A model generated the notes under the pieces. The model was not told the DNA's origin and made no database searches. It saw only the letters and a program-made list of their open reading frames with translations. The position numbers and the translations under genes are program-made. Positions 13,701 through 26,305 of a stretch of DNA of 64,000 bases are shown here, one piece after another. This DNA comes from Squalus acanthias (lineage: Eukaryota). Location of the stretch: the NCBI GenBank assembly GCA_030390025.1, contig JASTWF010000034.1, positions 5,518,001 to 5,582,000 on the forward strand, given 5' to 3'. Each line of letters starts with the position of its first letter. Positions within the stretch are counted from its first letter, which is position 1.

Positions 13701-16700
13701 TGTGTGTGAATCTCAATGGGCCCCTAGTCTCTGAGCTAAGTGTGTGTGTGTGGGAGTCTGTATGAGCTCCTGGTCTCTGATCAAACAGTGCGTTTGAGGG
13801 AATCCGATTTAGCTCCTGGTCTCTGATCTAACACTGTGTGTGTGGGAGTCTAAATGAGCTCCTCTTCTCTGTTTTAACAGTGTGTTTGTGGGAGTCCGAA
13901 TGCGCTCCTGGTCTTTGATCTAACAGTGTGGGTGTGGGAGTCTGAATGAGCTCCTGGTCTCTGATCTAAAAGTGTGTCTGTGGATGTCTGAATTGGCTCC
14001 TGGTCTGTGATCTAACACTGTGCGTGTGGGAGTCTGAATGAGCTCCTGGTCTCTGATCTAACAGTGTGTTTGTGGGAGTCTGAAAGGGTTCCTTGTCTCT
14101 GATGTAAAATTTCGTGCGTGGGAATCTGAATGGGCTCCTGGTGTCTATTCTAACACTGTGTGTGTGGGAGTCTGAATGAGCTCCTGGTCTCTGTTCTGAC
14201 AGTGTGTTTGTGGGAGTTTGAATGGGCTCCTGGTCTCTGATCTAACAATGTTTGTATGGGAGGTGGAATGTGCTCCTGGTATGTGATCTAACAGTGTGTG
14301 TGCGAGAGTCTGAATGAGCTCCTGGTATCTGATCTAACAATGTATGTGTGGGAGTCTGAATAGGCCCCTGCTCTCTTATCTAACATTGTATGTGTTGGAT
14401 TCTAAATGGGCTTCAGGTCTCTGATTCATCATAGTATGTGTTGGAGTCTGAATGGGCTCCTGGAGTCTATTCTAACACTGTGTGTGTGGGAGTCTGAAGT
14501 AGCTCCAGATCTCTGATCTAACAGTGTGTGTGTGGGAGACTGAATGAGCTCCTCTTTTCTGATCTAACAGTGGGTATGTGTGGGATTCTGATTGGGCTCA
14601 TGGTCTCTGATATAACAGTGTGTGTGTGGGAGTCTGAATGGGCTCCTGGTCCCTGAATGAACAGTGTGTGTGAGGGAGTCTGAATGGGCTTCTTGTTTCT
14701 GATCTATCTCTGTGATTGTCGGAGTTTGAATGAGCTCCTGCTCTCTGATCTAACAGTGTGTTTGTGGGAGTCTGAATGGGCTCCCAGTCTCTAATCTAAC
14801 ATTGTATGTGTGAGTGTCTGAATGTGCTCCTGGTCTCTGATCCAACAGCGTGTGTGACAGTCTGAATGGGCTTCTGGTCTCTGATCTAACAGTGTGTGTA
14901 TGGGAATCTGACTGGGCTCCTGTTCTCTGATCTAATAGTGTGCGTCTGGGAGTCTGAATGATCTCCTGGTCTCTGATTTAACCGTGTGTGTGTGGGACTC
15001 TGAATTGGCTCCTGGTCGCTGATTTTTAAGTGTGTGTGTGGGAGTCTGAATGGCCACCTGATCTCTGATAAAACAGTGGGTGTGTTGGAGTCTGAATGGG
15101 CTCCTGGTCTCTAATCTAACAGTGTTTGTGGGAGTTTGAATTAGCTACTGATCTCTGATCTAACAGGTTGTTTGTGGGAGTCTGAATTAAATGCTGGTCT
15201 CTGATCCAAGAGTATATGTGTGGTAGTCTGAATGAGCTCCTGGTCTTTGATCGAACAGAGTTTGTGTGGGAGTATGGATAAGCTTCTGGTCTCTGATCTA
15301 ACCGTGTGTGTGTGGATCTCTGAATGGGCTCCTAGTCTCTGATCTCACACTGTGTGTGTAGGAGTCTGAATGAATTTCTTATCTCTAATCTAACAGTGTT
15401 TGTGTGGGAGTCTGAATGGGCTCCTGGTCTCTGATCTAACAGTGTGTATGTTGGAGTCTGAATGGGCTCCTGGTCTCTGATCTAACAGTGTGTGTGGGAG
15501 TCTGAATTAGCTACTGGTCGCTGATCTAACAGTGGATATGTGGGAGTCTGAATGAGATGCTGGTCTCTAATCCAAGAGTATATGTGTGGTAGTCGGAATG
15601 AGCTCCTGGTCTCTGATCCAACAGTGTGTGTGTGTAAATCTGAATGCGCTCCTGGTCTCTGATCGAACAGAGTGTGTGTGGGAATATGAATGAGCTCCTG
15701 GTCTCTGATCTAACAGTGTTTGTGTGGGAGTCTGAATGAGCTCCTGCTCTCTGATCGAACAGTGTGTTTGTGGGAGTCTGAAAGGACTCCTTGTCTCTGA
15801 TGTAACATTTTGTGCGTAGGAATCTGAATGGGCTCCTGTTGTCTATTCTAACACTGTGTGTTTGGGAGTCTGAATGTGCTCCTGGTCTCTTTTCTAACAG
15901 TGTGTGTGTGGGAGTCTGAATTAGCTCCTGATCTCTGAACTAACAGTGTGTTTGTGGATGTCTGAATGAGCCCCTGGTCTCTGATTTAACAGTATGTATG
16001 CGGGAGACTGAATGAGGCCATGGTCTCTGATCTAACAGTGTGTGTGTGGGAGTCTGAATGGGCTCCTGGTCTCTGATCTAACAGTGTGTGTCTGGTAGTC
16101 TAAATGTGCTCCTGGTCTCTGATCTAACAGTGTTTGTGTGGGAGTCTGAATGGTCTCCTGGTCTCTGATCGAACAGTGTGTCTGACGGAGTCTGAAAGGA
16201 CTCCTTGTCTCTGATGTAACATTGTGTGCGTAGGAATCTGAATGGGCTCCTGTTGTCTATTCTAACACTGTGTGTTTGGGAGTCTGAATGTGCTCCTGGT
16301 CTCTTTTCTAACAGTGTGTGTGTGGGAGTCTGAATTAGCTCCTGATCTCTGATCTAACAGTGTGTTTGTGGGTGTCTGAATGAGCCCTGGTCTCTGATTT
16401 AACATTATGTATGCGGGAGACTGAATGAGCCCTGGTCTCTGATCTAACAGTGTGTGTGTGGGAGTCTGAATGGGCTCCTGGTCTCTGATCTAACAGTGTG
16501 TGTCTGGTAGTCTAAATGTGCTCCTGGTCTCTGATCTAACAGCGTGTTTGTGGGAGTCTGAATGGGCTCATGGTCTCTGATTTAACAGTGTGTGTGGGAG
16601 TCTGAATGGGCTCCTCGTCTCTGATCTAACATTGTGTGTGTATGAGTCTTAATGAGCTCCTGGTGTCTGATCTATCAGTGTATGTGTGGGATTCTGAATG

Positions 16701-17383
16701 GGCTCCTGCTCTCTGATCTAACAGTGTGTTTGTGGGAGTCTGAAAGGGCTCCTTTTCTGTATTGCAACATTTTGTGTTTTGGAATCTGAATGGGCTCCTC
16801 GTGTCTATTCTAACACTGTGTGTGTGGGAGTTAGAATGTGCTCCTCGTCTCTGATCTAACAGTGTATGTGTGGGATTCTGAATGGGCTCCTGGTCTCTGA
16901 TCTAACAGTGTGTGTGTGGGAGTCTGAATTAGCTCCTGATCTCTGATCTAACAGTGTGTTTGTGGGTGTCTGAATGAGTCCCTGGTCTCTGATTGAACAG
17001 TATGTGTGCGGGAGTCTGAATTAGCTCCTGATCTCTGATCTAACAGTGTGTTTGTGGGAGTCTGAATGGGCTCCTGGTCTCTGATCTAACAGTGTGATTG
17101 TGGGAGTCGGAATGGGCTCCTGGTCTCTGATCTAACAGTGTGTGTGTGGGAGTTTGAATGTGCTCCTGCTCTCTGATCTAAGAGTGTGTTTCTGGGAGTC
17201 TGAATGGGCTCCTGGTCTCTGATTTAACAGTGTATGTGTGGGAGTCTGAATGGGCTCCTGGTCTCTGATCTAACAGTGTGTGTGTGGGAGTCTGAATGAG
17301 CTCCTTGTCTCTGATCTAACAATGTATGTATGTGATTCTGATTGGGCTCCTGGTCTCTGATCTAACAGTGTGTGTGTGGGAGT
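7755..17383. repeat. ~4.9-kb tandem duplication within the 46-bp satellite (~7755-12596 vs ~12683-17383)
   Basis: Same variant series at offset 4928 (ORF pairs 7799/12727, 8234/13162, 8532/13460); broken unit ggagtc|gtgtgt at 12596/12597. Confidence 0.9.
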
Positions 17384-18690
17384 CTGAATTGGCTCCTTGT
17401 TTCTGATCTATCACTATGTATTTGGGAGTCTAGATGAGCTCCTCTTCTCTGATTTAACAGTATTTGTGTGGGAGTCTGAATGGGCTACTTGTCTCTGATC
17501 TGACAATGTGTGTGTGGGAGTCTGAATGGGCTCCTTTTCTCTGATCTACCAGTGTGTTTGTGGGAGACTGAATGAGCTCCTGGTCTCTGATCTAACAGTG
17601 TGTTTGTGGGAGTCTGAATGAGCTTTTGGTTTCTGATCTAACAGTGTGTTTGTGGGAGTCTGAATGGGCTCCTGGTCTCTGATCTAACAGGGTGTTTGTG
17701 GGAGTCTGAATGAGCTTTTGGTCTCTGATCTAACAGGGTGTGTGGGAGTCGGAATGAGCTCCTGGTCTCTGATCTAACAGTGTGTATGTGGGAGTCGGAA
17801 TGAGCTCGTGCTCTTGATCGAACAGTGTGTTTTTGGGAGTCTGAATGAGCTCCTGGTCTCTGATCTAACAGTGTGTGTGTGGGAGTCTGAATGAGCTCCT
17901 GGTCTCTGATCTAACAGTGTGTGTGTGGGAGTCTGAATGAGCTCCTGGTCTCTGATCTAACAGTGTGTGTGTGGGACTCTGAATGATCTCGTGCTCCTTG
18001 ATCGAACAGTGTGTTGTTTTTGGGAGTCTGAATGATCTCGTGGTCTCTGATCCAACCGTGTGTTTTTTTGGGAAGCTGTATGATCTCCTGGTGTCTGATC
18101 TAACAGTGTGTGTATCAGAATTTTACTTATGAACTGAGCTGCTCATTGGTTTAGGGAGAGTGTCTCTGTTTGTCTGCTCCGGGTGAATTTGATAGCCACT
18201 GAAATGAGAGTATTAGAATTTATCACCGAAATTACCTGAAATCTGTCACTGAAAAGCTGCTCTGACTTCCTGCCAGTGGATCAGTCTGCGGGTTCTTATT
18301 CTCTGAACTTCGGAATATCGAGTGAAATAATATTCAGCTCTTGGGGAGTTCAGCATACAGACGGGCAATACTTGTCCAGTTTTAATATAGATAGAAAATA
18401 ATCTACTTTCTATTTGATATATAAAGTGCCGGACTAGAATGGGTTAAATTCAGCCCCTCAGTGATTGTAATTGATGCCAGTCTCCATGGGAACTAATTAT
18501 CTCTGCTTGTTATTAATTACATTCAGTTGAACACAAAGCAGGTCATAGAGTATTCTTTCCAATGTTTATTATAATGGAATATATTTAAAATATATCACAG
18601 ATTTACATTTTGCTCACATCAATATATCAATTCCTATCATTTAATCACTGAACACTCTGACTGTCCAAAAACCAAGACAGTTCATCTCAC

Positions 18691-19300
18691 TCAGCGTGGT
18701 TGCACTGTGGGATTTTGGTTCACTCTGCAGGAGTGAAAATGTAGACTGCTGGTTGGAAAGGTGCTAATTAATATCAGGACTTTCAAAATGCGGTAACAGA
18801 TTCTCACCATTGTAAGCAGCACCTTTCAGGGATTCACTATTCCTCTTTATAAGTTCAGTCTATACAGCATCAGTGTGAAAATCCCCATCCCTCCTAATAA
18901 GGCAAAAAAAATGCAACATGGATGTTCCCTCATTGTGGGGGATGGAGATTTAACTGAAAGTTTTGTCGACACTGGTGAGAATCTGGGTTATATCTTTTAA
19001 TGTTCTGGTACTGAGCTGACACTGTCCAACACAGGTTCCTTTGAAATTTCCACCAGTAACAGTGAACCTGAATCCCAACATTAAACAAGACAGGTTACAG
19101 TCCCGGCCGTGGTTACACCTCTTACTTCATTCAATCAGTGAATTTAATGATTGAATTGTTGGGAGTAAATTGTTAATTTGAGCTGAGAGTTATTTTGGGG
19201 AATCTTTTAAAATATATTCTGTGATCTCAGAAATTATAATGGGAGCCTTGTGTAAATCTGTTGTGATCAGCTTACTGCAACGAATAAGAAGCAGAGATAT
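18691..19300 (-). pseudogene. Copy 1 of putative small spliced gene, disabled
   Basis: Exon equivalents 19276-19300, 18954-19067, 18691-18724; ATG>ATA, exon 2 is 114 nt (-1), second donor GT>TT, upstream region deleted; AATAAA at 18565-18570. Confidence 0.4.
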
Positions 19301-20489
19301 GTAGTTTCCAGTTCAGTGATGTATCAGGAAGGGTAGTGAATATATAAGTGAGATCAGTGACTGAACAATTGAGGTCAGTAATGTCTCGGAATGGGCAGTG
19401 GCAGTACAATGTATGTCAGAGATACTCCTAGAGATTTATTGACAGTACAATATCTGTCAGTAATGCAGCTCGGATTGTATGGACAGTACAAGTGATGTCA
19501 GTAATGTGCCTGGATGTGGAACGATGGTGCAAGTGAGGCTCGTGGACTACAGAATGGATAGTGACAGTATAAGTGAGGTCAGTGACATATCGGATTGGGT
19601 CGTAACAGTAGATGTGAAGTCAGTTACATTTCTAAATAACTATCAAATCTTGCTGCATGTTCTGTGAGAAGCAATGATTTCTGTTGCTTGTGTTGAAACC
19701 GGCAGTGAGACTGTCAGCTAACAGGGTCATATTAGTGCCAGTCCGTTGGTCACAGCAGCATCAGACATTATTCCCGCTCATGTTTATTACAGAACTGAAA
19801 ATATTTAAATAGAGATATCGAGGAGGGGCAATCAGGACAATCCACTTCTCCCAAAGATCAGTTTCTGAACACCCCAGGTTTGCTAAATCAAACTGATCAT
19901 TAGTTCGTGCTGTACCAGAGAATTTTATTTGTGAACTGACCTGCTCCATGGTTCAGGGACGGTATCTGAGTGTAAACTGACCGGGTGAATTGGATAGACA
20001 GTCGCTGAAATGACACGGTTAGAATTCATCACCGAAATTATCTGAAATCTGCAACTAAATCTCTGCTCTCAATGTAATGCTATCGGACTGCAGGGCTCAT
20101 ATTTTCTATTATTCCCAATTCTAGTGAAATAATATTCAGTTCTTTTTGGAGTTCACCTTACAGACGGGCAATACCTGTCTCATATTAATATAGATATAAA
20201 ATCATATACTTTATATTTGTTATATGAAGTGCCGGACAAGAACAGGTTAATTTCAGCCGTTCAGTGACTAATTGATGCCAGTCTCCATGGGAACTAATTG
20301 TCTCTGCTTGTTATTAATTCCAGTCAGTTGAACACAGCAGGTCATAGAGTATTCATTCCAATGTTTATTATAATGGAACATATTTAAAATATATCACAGA
20401 TATGCATTTTGCTAATCTCAATAAATCAATTCCTATCATATAATCATTAAACACTCTGACTGTACAAAACCAAGAGATTTTCATCTCAC

Positions 20490-21095
20490 TCAGCGAGGTT
20501 GCACTGTGGGAATCGGGTTCACTCTGCAGGATTGAAAATGTAGACTGCTGGTTGGAAAGGTGCTAATTAATATCAGGACTTTCAAAATACGGCAACAGAT
20601 TCTCACCATTGTAAGCAGCACCTTTCAGGGATTCACTATTCCTCTTTATATTCAGTCTATACAGCATCAGTGTGAAATTTCCCATCCCCCTTGATAAGGC
20701 GGAACCCAGACAACATCGACGGTCCCTCATTGCGGGGGATGGAGATTTACCTGAAAGTTTTGTCTACACTGGTTAGAATCTGTATTATATCTTTGAATGT
20801 TCTGGTACTGAGCTGACACTGTCCAACACAGGAAACCCTCTGAAATTTCCACCAATAACAGTGAACCTGAATCCCAGCATTAAACAAGACAGGTTACATT
20901 CCCGGCCGTGGTTACATCTCTGACTTCATTCGATCAGTGAATTTAATAATTGAATTGTTGGGAGTGAATTGCAGAATTGAGCTTAGTGTTAGTTTGGGGC
21001 ATCTTTTAAAATATGTTCTGTGATCTCAGAAATGATAATGGGAGATTGTGTAAATCTGTTGTCAGCTTACTGTAACTAATAAGAAGCAGAGACAT
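20490..21095 (-). pseudogene. Copy 2 of putative small spliced gene, +1 frameshift in exon 2
   Basis: Exons 21071-21095, 20751-20866 (116 nt), 20490-20523; ATG and all GT/AG sites intact; AATAAA at 20364-20369. Confidence 0.4.
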
Positions 21096-21418
21096 GTAGG
21101 TTCCAGGGTGAGTCACATTCAATCCAGTCACTGAACAGCAGCAGATTTTCTTTCCACTCTAAGACTCTTTACACAACAATATACTTTAAACCAGGTATTG
21201 GACAGATGTATATTAAAAACCCCACAAACCACAGAATAGGATCATTTTAATAACTATTGGGAATAACAGACGGTGCGAATCGCTCGGTCTGACAGGAATG
21301 ATGAGAAGTGGGAGCCGATTAATTTACAGTTTTAAATCATTTCCATGAGCCGATGTAATCTTGTCATTTCATACAATTTCTATTCACTTCTCAGGGGTGG
21401 GCTTAACAGTCACACACA

Positions 21419-21429
21419 GAAACTGAAAC
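21419..21429. promoter_or_regulatory. ISRE/IRF-binding motif GAAACTGAAAC upstream of gene copy 2
   Basis: Matches GAAANNGAAA; next to ggggtgggc GT/GC box; conserved in copy 3. Confidence 0.4.
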
Positions 21430-21706
21430 ATTTCACTGGTCAGACTCCAAAAACAATAAATCAGAAATTGGGAAATCAGCAGGTTATATGTCTAATATAA
21501 TTCACTTCATGGTTCCTCACCTGTGATCCTTCAGATAATCTAAAATAGGTTCATTGTTCTGTATTTAATTAAATTAATGGATAAATGTACTGTAATATTG
21601 AACAATTCGTTTATATTGCCCTGGATCCGTGAGATTTCAGGAGTAATGAAAGAGAGAGCAGTATGTCTCAGGCAGTGCCATCGTGCAACGGTGCACCAGC
21701 GATGTA

Positions 21707-22125
21707 TCTGGATGGGTAGTGACAGTATGAGTGAGGTCAGTGATAATCCTGGATGGGTAGAGACAGTATGAGTGAGGTCAGTGATAAACCTGGATGGGTA
21801 GTGACAGTATGAGTGAGGTCAGTGATAAACCTGGATGGGTAGTGACAGTATGAGTGAGGTCAGTAATAAACCTGGATGGGTAGTGACAGTATGAGTGAGG
21901 TCGGTGATAAACCTGGATGGGTATTGACAGTATGAGTGAGGTCAGGGATAAACCTGGACGGGAAGTTACAGTATGATTGAGGTCAGTGATAAACCTGGAT
22001 GGGTATTGACAGTTTGAGTGAGGTCAGTGATAATCCTGGATGGGTAGTGACAGTATGAGTGAGGTCAGTGATAATCCTGGATGTGTAGTGACAGTATGAG
22101 TGATGTCAGGGTAAACCTGGATGGG
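21707..22125. repeat. 41-bp minisatellite, ~10 units (gtgacagtatgagtgaggtcagtgataaacctggatgggta)
   Basis: 41-bp period; degenerate units continue to ~22450. Confidence 0.93.
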
Positions 22126-23323
22126 CATTGATAACACAGGTCAGTTCAGTGATGTATCAGAAAGGGTAGTGAATATTTAAGTGAGATCAGTGACTGAACA
22201 ATTGAGGTCAGTAATGTCTCGGAATGGATAGTGGATGTACACAGTATGTCAGAGATATTCCTTACTTGTAATTACAGTACAGCATCCGTCAGTAAACCAG
22301 CTCGGTTTGTATTGACAGTACAAGTGAGGTCAATAATGTACCTGGATGTGGAATGTTGGTTCAAGTGAGGTTCGTGGTGTACAGAATGGAAAGTGACAGT
22401 ATAAGTGAGCTCAGTGACATATCGGAATGGGTAGTAACAGTAGATATGAGGTCAGTTACATTTCTAAATAACTATCAAATCTTCCTGCATGTTCTGTGTG
22501 AAGCGATGATTTCTGTTGCTTGTGTTGAAACCGGCAGTGAGACTGTCAGCTAACAGGGTCATATTAGTACCAGTCCGTTGGCCACAGCAGCATCAGACAT
22601 TATTCCCGCTCATGTTTATTACAGAATTAAAAATATTTAAATAGGGATATCGAGGAGTGGCAATCAGGACAATCCACTTCTCTCAAAGATCAGTTTCTGA
22701 ACACTCCAGATTTGCGAAATCAGACTGATCATTAGGTCCTGCTGTACCAGTGAATTCTATTTGTAAATGGACCTGCTTCTTGTTTCAAGGGCTGTATCTG
22801 AGTGTAAACTGACCGGGTGAATTGGATAGACAGTCGCTGAAATGACGGGATTAGAATTAATCACCGAAATTATCTGAAATCTGTAACTAAATCTCTGCTC
22901 TCAATGTAATGCTATCGGACTGCAGGGCTCATATATTCTATTATTCCCAATCCTAGTGAAGTAATATTCAGTTCTTTTGGGAGATCACTTTTACAGACTG
23001 GAAATATCTGTCTCATATTAATAAAGATATAAAATCATATACTTTATATTTGTTATATGAAGTGCCGGACAAGAACAGGTTAATTTCAGCCGTTCAGTGA
23101 CTAATTGATGCCAGTCTCCATGGGAACTAATTGTCTCTGCTTGTTATTAATTCCAGTCAGTTGAACACGGCAGGTCATAGAGTATTCTTTCCAATGTTTA
23201 TTATAATGGAATATATTTAAAATATATCACAGATCTGCATTTTGCTCATCTCAATAAATCAATTCCTATCATTTAATCATTAAATACTCTGACTGTCCAA
23301 AAACCAAGAGATGTTCATCTCAC

Positions 23324-23929
23324 TCAGCGAGGTTGCACTGTGGGAATCGGGTTCACTCTGCAGGATTGAAAATGTAGAGTGCTGGGTGGAACGGAGCTAA
23401 TTAATATCAGGACATTCAAAATACGGCAACAGATTCTCACCATTGTAAGCAGCACCTTTCAGAGATTCACTATTCCTCTTTATAAGTTCAGTCTATACAG
23501 CATCAGTGTGAAAAACCCAGCCCCCCCTAATAAGGCAGAACACAGGCAACATCGACAGTCCCTCATTGTGGGGGATGGAGATTTACCTGAAAGTTTTGTC
23601 TACACTGGTTAGAATCTGGATTATATCTTTGAATGTTCTGGTACTGAGCTGACACTGTCCAACACAGGATTCCTTTGAAATTTCCACCTGTAACAGTGAA
23701 CCTGAATCCCAGCGTTAAACAAGACAGGTTACATTCCCGGCCGTGGTTACATCTCTGACTTCATTCAATCAGTGAATTTAATGATTGAATTGTTGGGAGT
23801 GAATTGCAGATTGAGCTTAGTGTTAGTTTGGGGCATCTTTTAAAATATATTCTGTGATCTCAGAAATGATAATGGGAGATTGTGTAAATCTGTTGTCAGC
23901 TTACTGTAACTAATAAGAAGCAGAGACAT
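23324..23929 (-). CDS. Putative 3-exon, 57-aa small protein (copy 3, intact): MSLLLISYSSLLQVEISKESCVGQCQLSTRTFKDIIQILTSVDKTFRVNPIPTVQPR; possible signal peptide; no family recognised
   Basis: Exon 1 23905-23929 (ATG..TACA|gtaagc), exon 2 23587-23701 (ttcag|G..TTCAG|gtaaat), exon 3 23324-23357 (ttttcaatcctgcag|A..TGA); phases join without stops; AATAAA at 23197-23202. Confidence 0.42.
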
Positions 23930-24183
23930 GTAGGTTCCAGGGTGAGTCACATTCAATCCAGTCACTGAACAGCAGCAGATTCCCTTTTCACTCTAAGACT
24001 CTTTACACAACAATATACTTTAAACCAGGTATTGGACAGATGAATATTAAAAACCCCACAAACCACAGAATAGGATCATTTTAATAACTATTGGGAATAA
24101 CAGATGGTGCGAATCGCTCGGTCTGACAGGAATGATGAGAAGTGGGAGCCGATTAATTTACAGTTTAAAATCATTTCCATGAG

Positions 24184-24263
24184 CCAATGTAATCATGTCA
24201 TTCCATACAATTTCTATCCACTTCTCAGGGGTGGGCTTAACAGTCACACACAGAAACTGAAAC
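24184..24263. promoter_or_regulatory. CCAAT (24184-24188), GT/GC box (24228-24236) and ISRE (24253-24263) upstream of copy 3; AP-1 TGAGTCA also at 23943-23949
   Basis: Motif matches read directly; function inferred. Confidence 0.4.
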
Positions 24264-24537
24264 ATTTCACTGGTCAGACTCCAAAAACAATAAATCAGAA
24301 ATTGGGAAATCAGGTTATATTTCTATTACAATTCATTCCATGGTTCCTCACCTGTGATCCTTCAGATAATCTAAAATAGGTTCATTGTTCTGTATTTAAT
24401 TAAACTAATGTATAAACCTACTGTAATTTTGAACAATTCGTTTATGTTGCCCTGGATGCGTGAGATTTCAGGAGTATTGTAAGAGAGAGCCGTATGTCTG
24501 AGGCAACGCCATCGTGCAACGTGCACCAGCGATGTAT

Positions 24538-26305
24538 CTGGATGGGTAGTGACAGTATGAGTGAGGTCAGTGATAAACCTGGATGGGTAGTGACAGTATG
24601 AGTGAGGTCAGTGATAAACCTGGATGGGTAGTGACAGTATGAGTGATGTCAGTGATAATCCTGGATGGGTAGTGACAGTATGAGTGAGATCAATGATAAT
24701 CCTGGATGGGTAGTGACAGTATGAGTGAGGTCAGTGATAATACTGGATGGGTCGAGACAGTATGAGTGAGGTCAGTTTTAAACCTGGATGGGTAGTGACA
24801 GTATGAGTGAGCTCAGTGATAAACTTGGATGGGTAGTGACAGTATGAGTGAGGTCAGTGATAATCCTGGATGGGTAGTGACAGTATGAGTGAGATCAATG
24901 ATAATCCTGGATGGGTAGTGAGAGTATGAGTGAGGTCAGTGATAAACCTGGATGGGTAGTGACAGTATGAGTGAGGTCAGTGATAAACCTGGATGGGTAG
25001 TGACAGTATGAGTGAGGTCAGTGATCAACCTGGATGGGTAGTGAGAGTATGAGTGAGGACAGTGATAAACCTGGATGGGTGGTGAAACTCTGAGTGAGGT
25101 CAGTGATAATCCTGGATGGGTAGTGACAGTATGAGTGAGGTCAGTAATAAACCTGGATAGGTAGTGACAGTATGAGTGAGGTCAGTGATAAACCTGGATG
25201 GGTATTGACAGTATGAGTGAGGTCAGTGATAATCCTGGATGGGTAGTGACCCTATGAGTGAGGTCAGTGATAAGCCTGGATGGGTAGTGACAGTATGAGT
25301 GAGGTCAGTGTTAAACCTGGATGGGTATTGACAGTATGAGTGAGGTCAGTGATAATCCTGGATGGGTAGTGACCCTATGAGTGAGGTCAGTGATAAGCCT
25401 GGATGGGTAGTGACAGTATGAGTGAGGTCAGTGATAAACCTGGATGGGTAGTGACAGTATGAGGAGGTCAGTGATAATCATGGATGGGTTTTGACAGTAT
25501 GAGTGAGGTCAGTGATAATCCTGGATGGATAGTGACAGTATGAGTGAGGTCAGTGATAAACCTGGATGGGTAGTGACAGTATGAGTGAGGTCAGTGATAA
25601 ACCTGGATGGCTACTGACAGTATGAGTGAGGTCAGTGATAAACCTGGATTGGTAGTGACAGTATGAGTGAGGTCAGTTATAACCCTGGATTGGTAGTGAC
25701 AATATGAGTGAGGTCAGTTATAACCCTGGATTGGTAGTGAAAGTATGAGTGAGGTCAGTTATAACCCTGGATTGGTAGTGACAGTATGAGTGAGGTCAGT
25801 TATAACCCTGGATTGGTAGTGACAGTATGAGTGAGGTCAGTGATAAACCTGGATGGGTAGTGTCAGTATGAGTGAGGTCAGTGACAAACCTGGATGGGTA
25901 GTGACAGTATGAGTGAGGTCAGTGATAAACCTGGATGGCTACTGACAGTATGAGTGAGGTCAGTGATAAACCTGGATGGGCAGTGACAGTATGAGTGAGG
26001 TCAGTGATAATCCTGTATGGATAGTGACAGTATAAGTGAGGTCAGTGATAATCCTGGATGGGTAGTGACAGTATGAGTGAGGTCAGTGATAATCCTGTAT
26101 GTTTAGTGACAGTATGAGTGAGGTCAGTGATAAACCTGGATGGGTAGTGACAGTATGAGTGAGGTCAGTGATAATCCTGTATGGATAGTGACAGTATGAG
26201 TGAGGTCAGTGATAAACCTGGATGGGTAGTGACAGTATGAGTGAGGTCAGTGATAATCCTGGATGGGTAGTGACAGTATGAGTGAGGTCAGTGATAAACC
26301 TGGAT
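24538..26305. repeat. 41-bp minisatellite, ~43 homogeneous units
   Basis: Same monomer as 21707-22125; run of a ttataaccctggatt variant at ~25675-25815. Confidence 0.96.

Larger units (their letters stand above)
1..18113. repeat. Tandem satellite, 46-bp monomer (consensus ctctgatctaacagtgtgtgtgtgggagtctgaatgggctcctggt), roughly 390 units, runs off the left edge
   Basis: 46-bp period visible throughout; variant units recur in higher-order blocks; last units (~17980-18113) are degenerate and T-rich. Confidence 0.97.

Noticed and set aside
23324..23929. Resemblance of the peptide to IL-4/IL-5 helix A or calcitonin/adrenomedullin Cys rings
   Set aside because: Only a few residues match by eye; Cys spacing, length and processing sites do not fit
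24538..26305. CRISPR-like regular array
   Set aside because: Head-to-tail units with no unique spacers and no cas genes; eukaryotic context
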